Source: an uncultured delta proteobacterium
GTDB lineage: Bacteria > Myxococcota > Kuafuiibacteriia > Kuafuiibacteriales > Kuafuiibacteriaceae
Assembly: GCA_963803435.1 (NCBI GenBank)
Contig: CAWDML010000008.1
Span: 718,833 to 782,832, forward strand
Direction: 5' to 3'
DNA: 64,000 bases
Shown: positions 62,384-64,000 of the stretch, one piece after another
How the letters are laid out: the number at the start of each line of letters is the position of its first letter
Position numbering within the stretch: position 1 is the first letter of the stretch
The notes under the pieces: model-generated
What the model was told of the DNA's origin: nothing
Database searches by the model: none
Seen by the model: the letters and a program-made list of their open reading frames with translations, nothing else
Made by a program: the position numbers and the translations under genes

Positions 62384-63033
62384 GCCATTTCCTCCTGGTC
62401 GCTAGGCGCCTACTGCGCCCGAGGACACACGTCGGCATAGAACGCGTCGCCGCGTTTTCGACGCCGCTACCGGTTCCGATCGGGGAGCCGGCTGGTGCCC
62501 GACGATATCTTCCCGTCAGGCCGCAATCTTGATCCCCCACCTGCGTGGTCGTTGAGTGCGGCTGGCGTTCATAGAGGATCGGGTTCAAATCGATGGCGTG
62601 CAATCGCCCTCGTTTTCGACCGCATCAGGGAGCGCGGAGGATTGCAGGGCGCGTTCTGCCGTTAGGAGCGTTCCGCTTTTCCGGTCAGGCGATTCGAAGC
62701 CTGCCTCGGAATCAAATCGACGGGATTGCGGGCAATACGGTGGTGCTCTGCCGGGCGGCCGCGATTACGCGCTCAACGCGGTCCGCAAAGTTCTGCGAGC
62801 CGCTGATCGCCAATCTGGAGCGCGTTGACTTGCAGTTCCCGGCTCGCCGGCGCGACGGTGAGGTTCGCCAGCCGGTGCCGGTCGAGTTGGTGGCTAGCGT
62901 CGATCCGAAATCGCAGCGCTCTCGCCGGGGGAGCTTAACTGAACCGTTGCAGCTGTTGTTCGAGCACGGTCGTGCATTCCGCCCTGCAGATGAGCGCATG
63001 GCTCCGGCATCCCGATCCGCGCGATCGCGAGAC

Positions 63034-63270
63034 TCAGTCGACGGTCTTCGCGTACGCCACGGTGAGGGGTCGCGTGTCCTCCGTGTCGTAGCCAACCTCG
63101 ACGATCTCGGCGTGCTGGCCGCAGTCCGGACACCACCTCGAGTCCATCTCGTTCCAGCTTCCGAACTGGTCCACGATCCGCCCGGAGTTGACCTCGACCC
63201 AGTGCGCGACCTGGACCTCCCGGCTCCCGCAACTTCGACACTCGAGCTCGTGGGCAAACTCCGCCTCCAT
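63034..63270 (-). CDS. Small zinc-ribbon protein, mobile-element type
   Basis: CRSCGS...WCPDC. Confidence 0.6.
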   Translation of the reverse strand: MEAEFAHELECRSCGSREVQVAHWVEVNSGRIVDQFGSWNEMDSRWCPDCGQHAEIVEVGYDTEDTRPLTVAYAKTVD

Positions 63271-63552
63271 CAAGATGCTCGAGATTCGCTCGCGCAGATT
63301 CCGGAGTCCCTCAAGGAACGCGCGCGTTCCGGGGGTGTCCGGCAGCGCATGCTCTTGATCCGCTTCTGCTTTCGAGATGATTGCATCGTGCTTCCTCCTT
63401 GGCCCGCCTCGAGCGCGCCTTCACCCGAAGAAGAGGCGCAGCGAGAGACGGCGGCTGAACGCACGGACTTCGAATCGAAGGCGGTTCCGAAGTGACCGGA
63501 CCATAAACCGGGCACCCTCCATCTCGGCCCGCGGGTTGCGCTGCGACCGCGC

Positions 63553-64000
63553 ATGATGACCAACGAGATCCCGTCTCTCGCTTGGACGAGGTCGCACCGG
63601 ACCCGGAGCAACCGAGACAACACTTCGATAGGGATGCGATGGAGCGCTTGAAGAACGCCATCCTCGCCGTGGGACAGCTTCAACCGATCCGGGTTCGACG
63701 GGTGGAGGAGGGCTTCATGATCGTCGACGGCCAGCGGAGATGGCTCGCGATGTGCTCGCTCGCCAAACAATACCCGGACGACGAGCGGTTCCGCCGTATC
63801 CGCGCGTACGAAGGCGACGAGCTCGACCAAGCCGCGGCTCGCGGCGCGTGGTCCAGGTGCTGAGCAACATCGGCGAGGATTTGACGCCAACGGGAAGGCT
63901 GCGGCCCTCGATGAGGTCGCGCGGGCCGAGCCGAAGCTGACGCCGGATGAGCTCGGCCGCCGGCTCGGCGTTCCGACGGGGCAGGTCGTGTTCCTGCGGC
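63553..64000 (+). pseudogene. ParB/RepB/Spo0J N-terminal domain protein, frameshifted, runs off window
   Basis: PDPEQPRQHFD, GQLQPIRV and IVDGQRRW motifs. Confidence 0.8.

Noticed and set aside
62400-63030. ORF 62593-63495 or a structured RNA
   Set aside because: Atypical codon use, overlap with a better minus-strand gene, and no convincing structure or motif.

Overview
High-GC (visually ~70%) bacterial DNA, probably Myxococcota/deltaproteobacterial judging by the multiheme cytochrome, Cys-rich lipoproteins, ECF modules and Ser/Thr kinase. Many genes carry single-base indels or internal deletions, so read errors and real decay are both plausible. Left part: a multiheme c-type cytochrome lipoprotein running off the edge, M14 peptidase, kinase, ECF sigma module, nhaA with a probable nhaA-I (Li+-I) riboswitch, tspO, endonuclease V, ABC transporter and SDR. 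Middle: HD/LuxR regulator, a large divergent CYTH-like protein, and a sulfur-detox cluster (zf-HC2-fused ECF sigma, persulfide dioxygenase, TauE, small Cys-rich protein) with two matching ECF-type promoters. 35-50 kb is a potassium island: kdpFABC, kdpDE, truncated trkH and porin genes, phased CTTGAT boxes, and a 1561-aa ORF joining a KimA-like APC transporter to a second KdpD whose phospho-acceptor His is replaced by Ala (best candidate for an undescribed system). Two inverted copies of an IS5-family element each carry a four-helix-bundle passenger gene. The right end is a decayed mobile region (SNF2/SWIM, Uma2, RecD2, tmRNA/tRNA-like att fragment, nucleotidyltransferase pair, ParB). No rRNA, complete tRNA or CRISPR array was seen. 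All family calls are from motif recognition by eye, not database searches.
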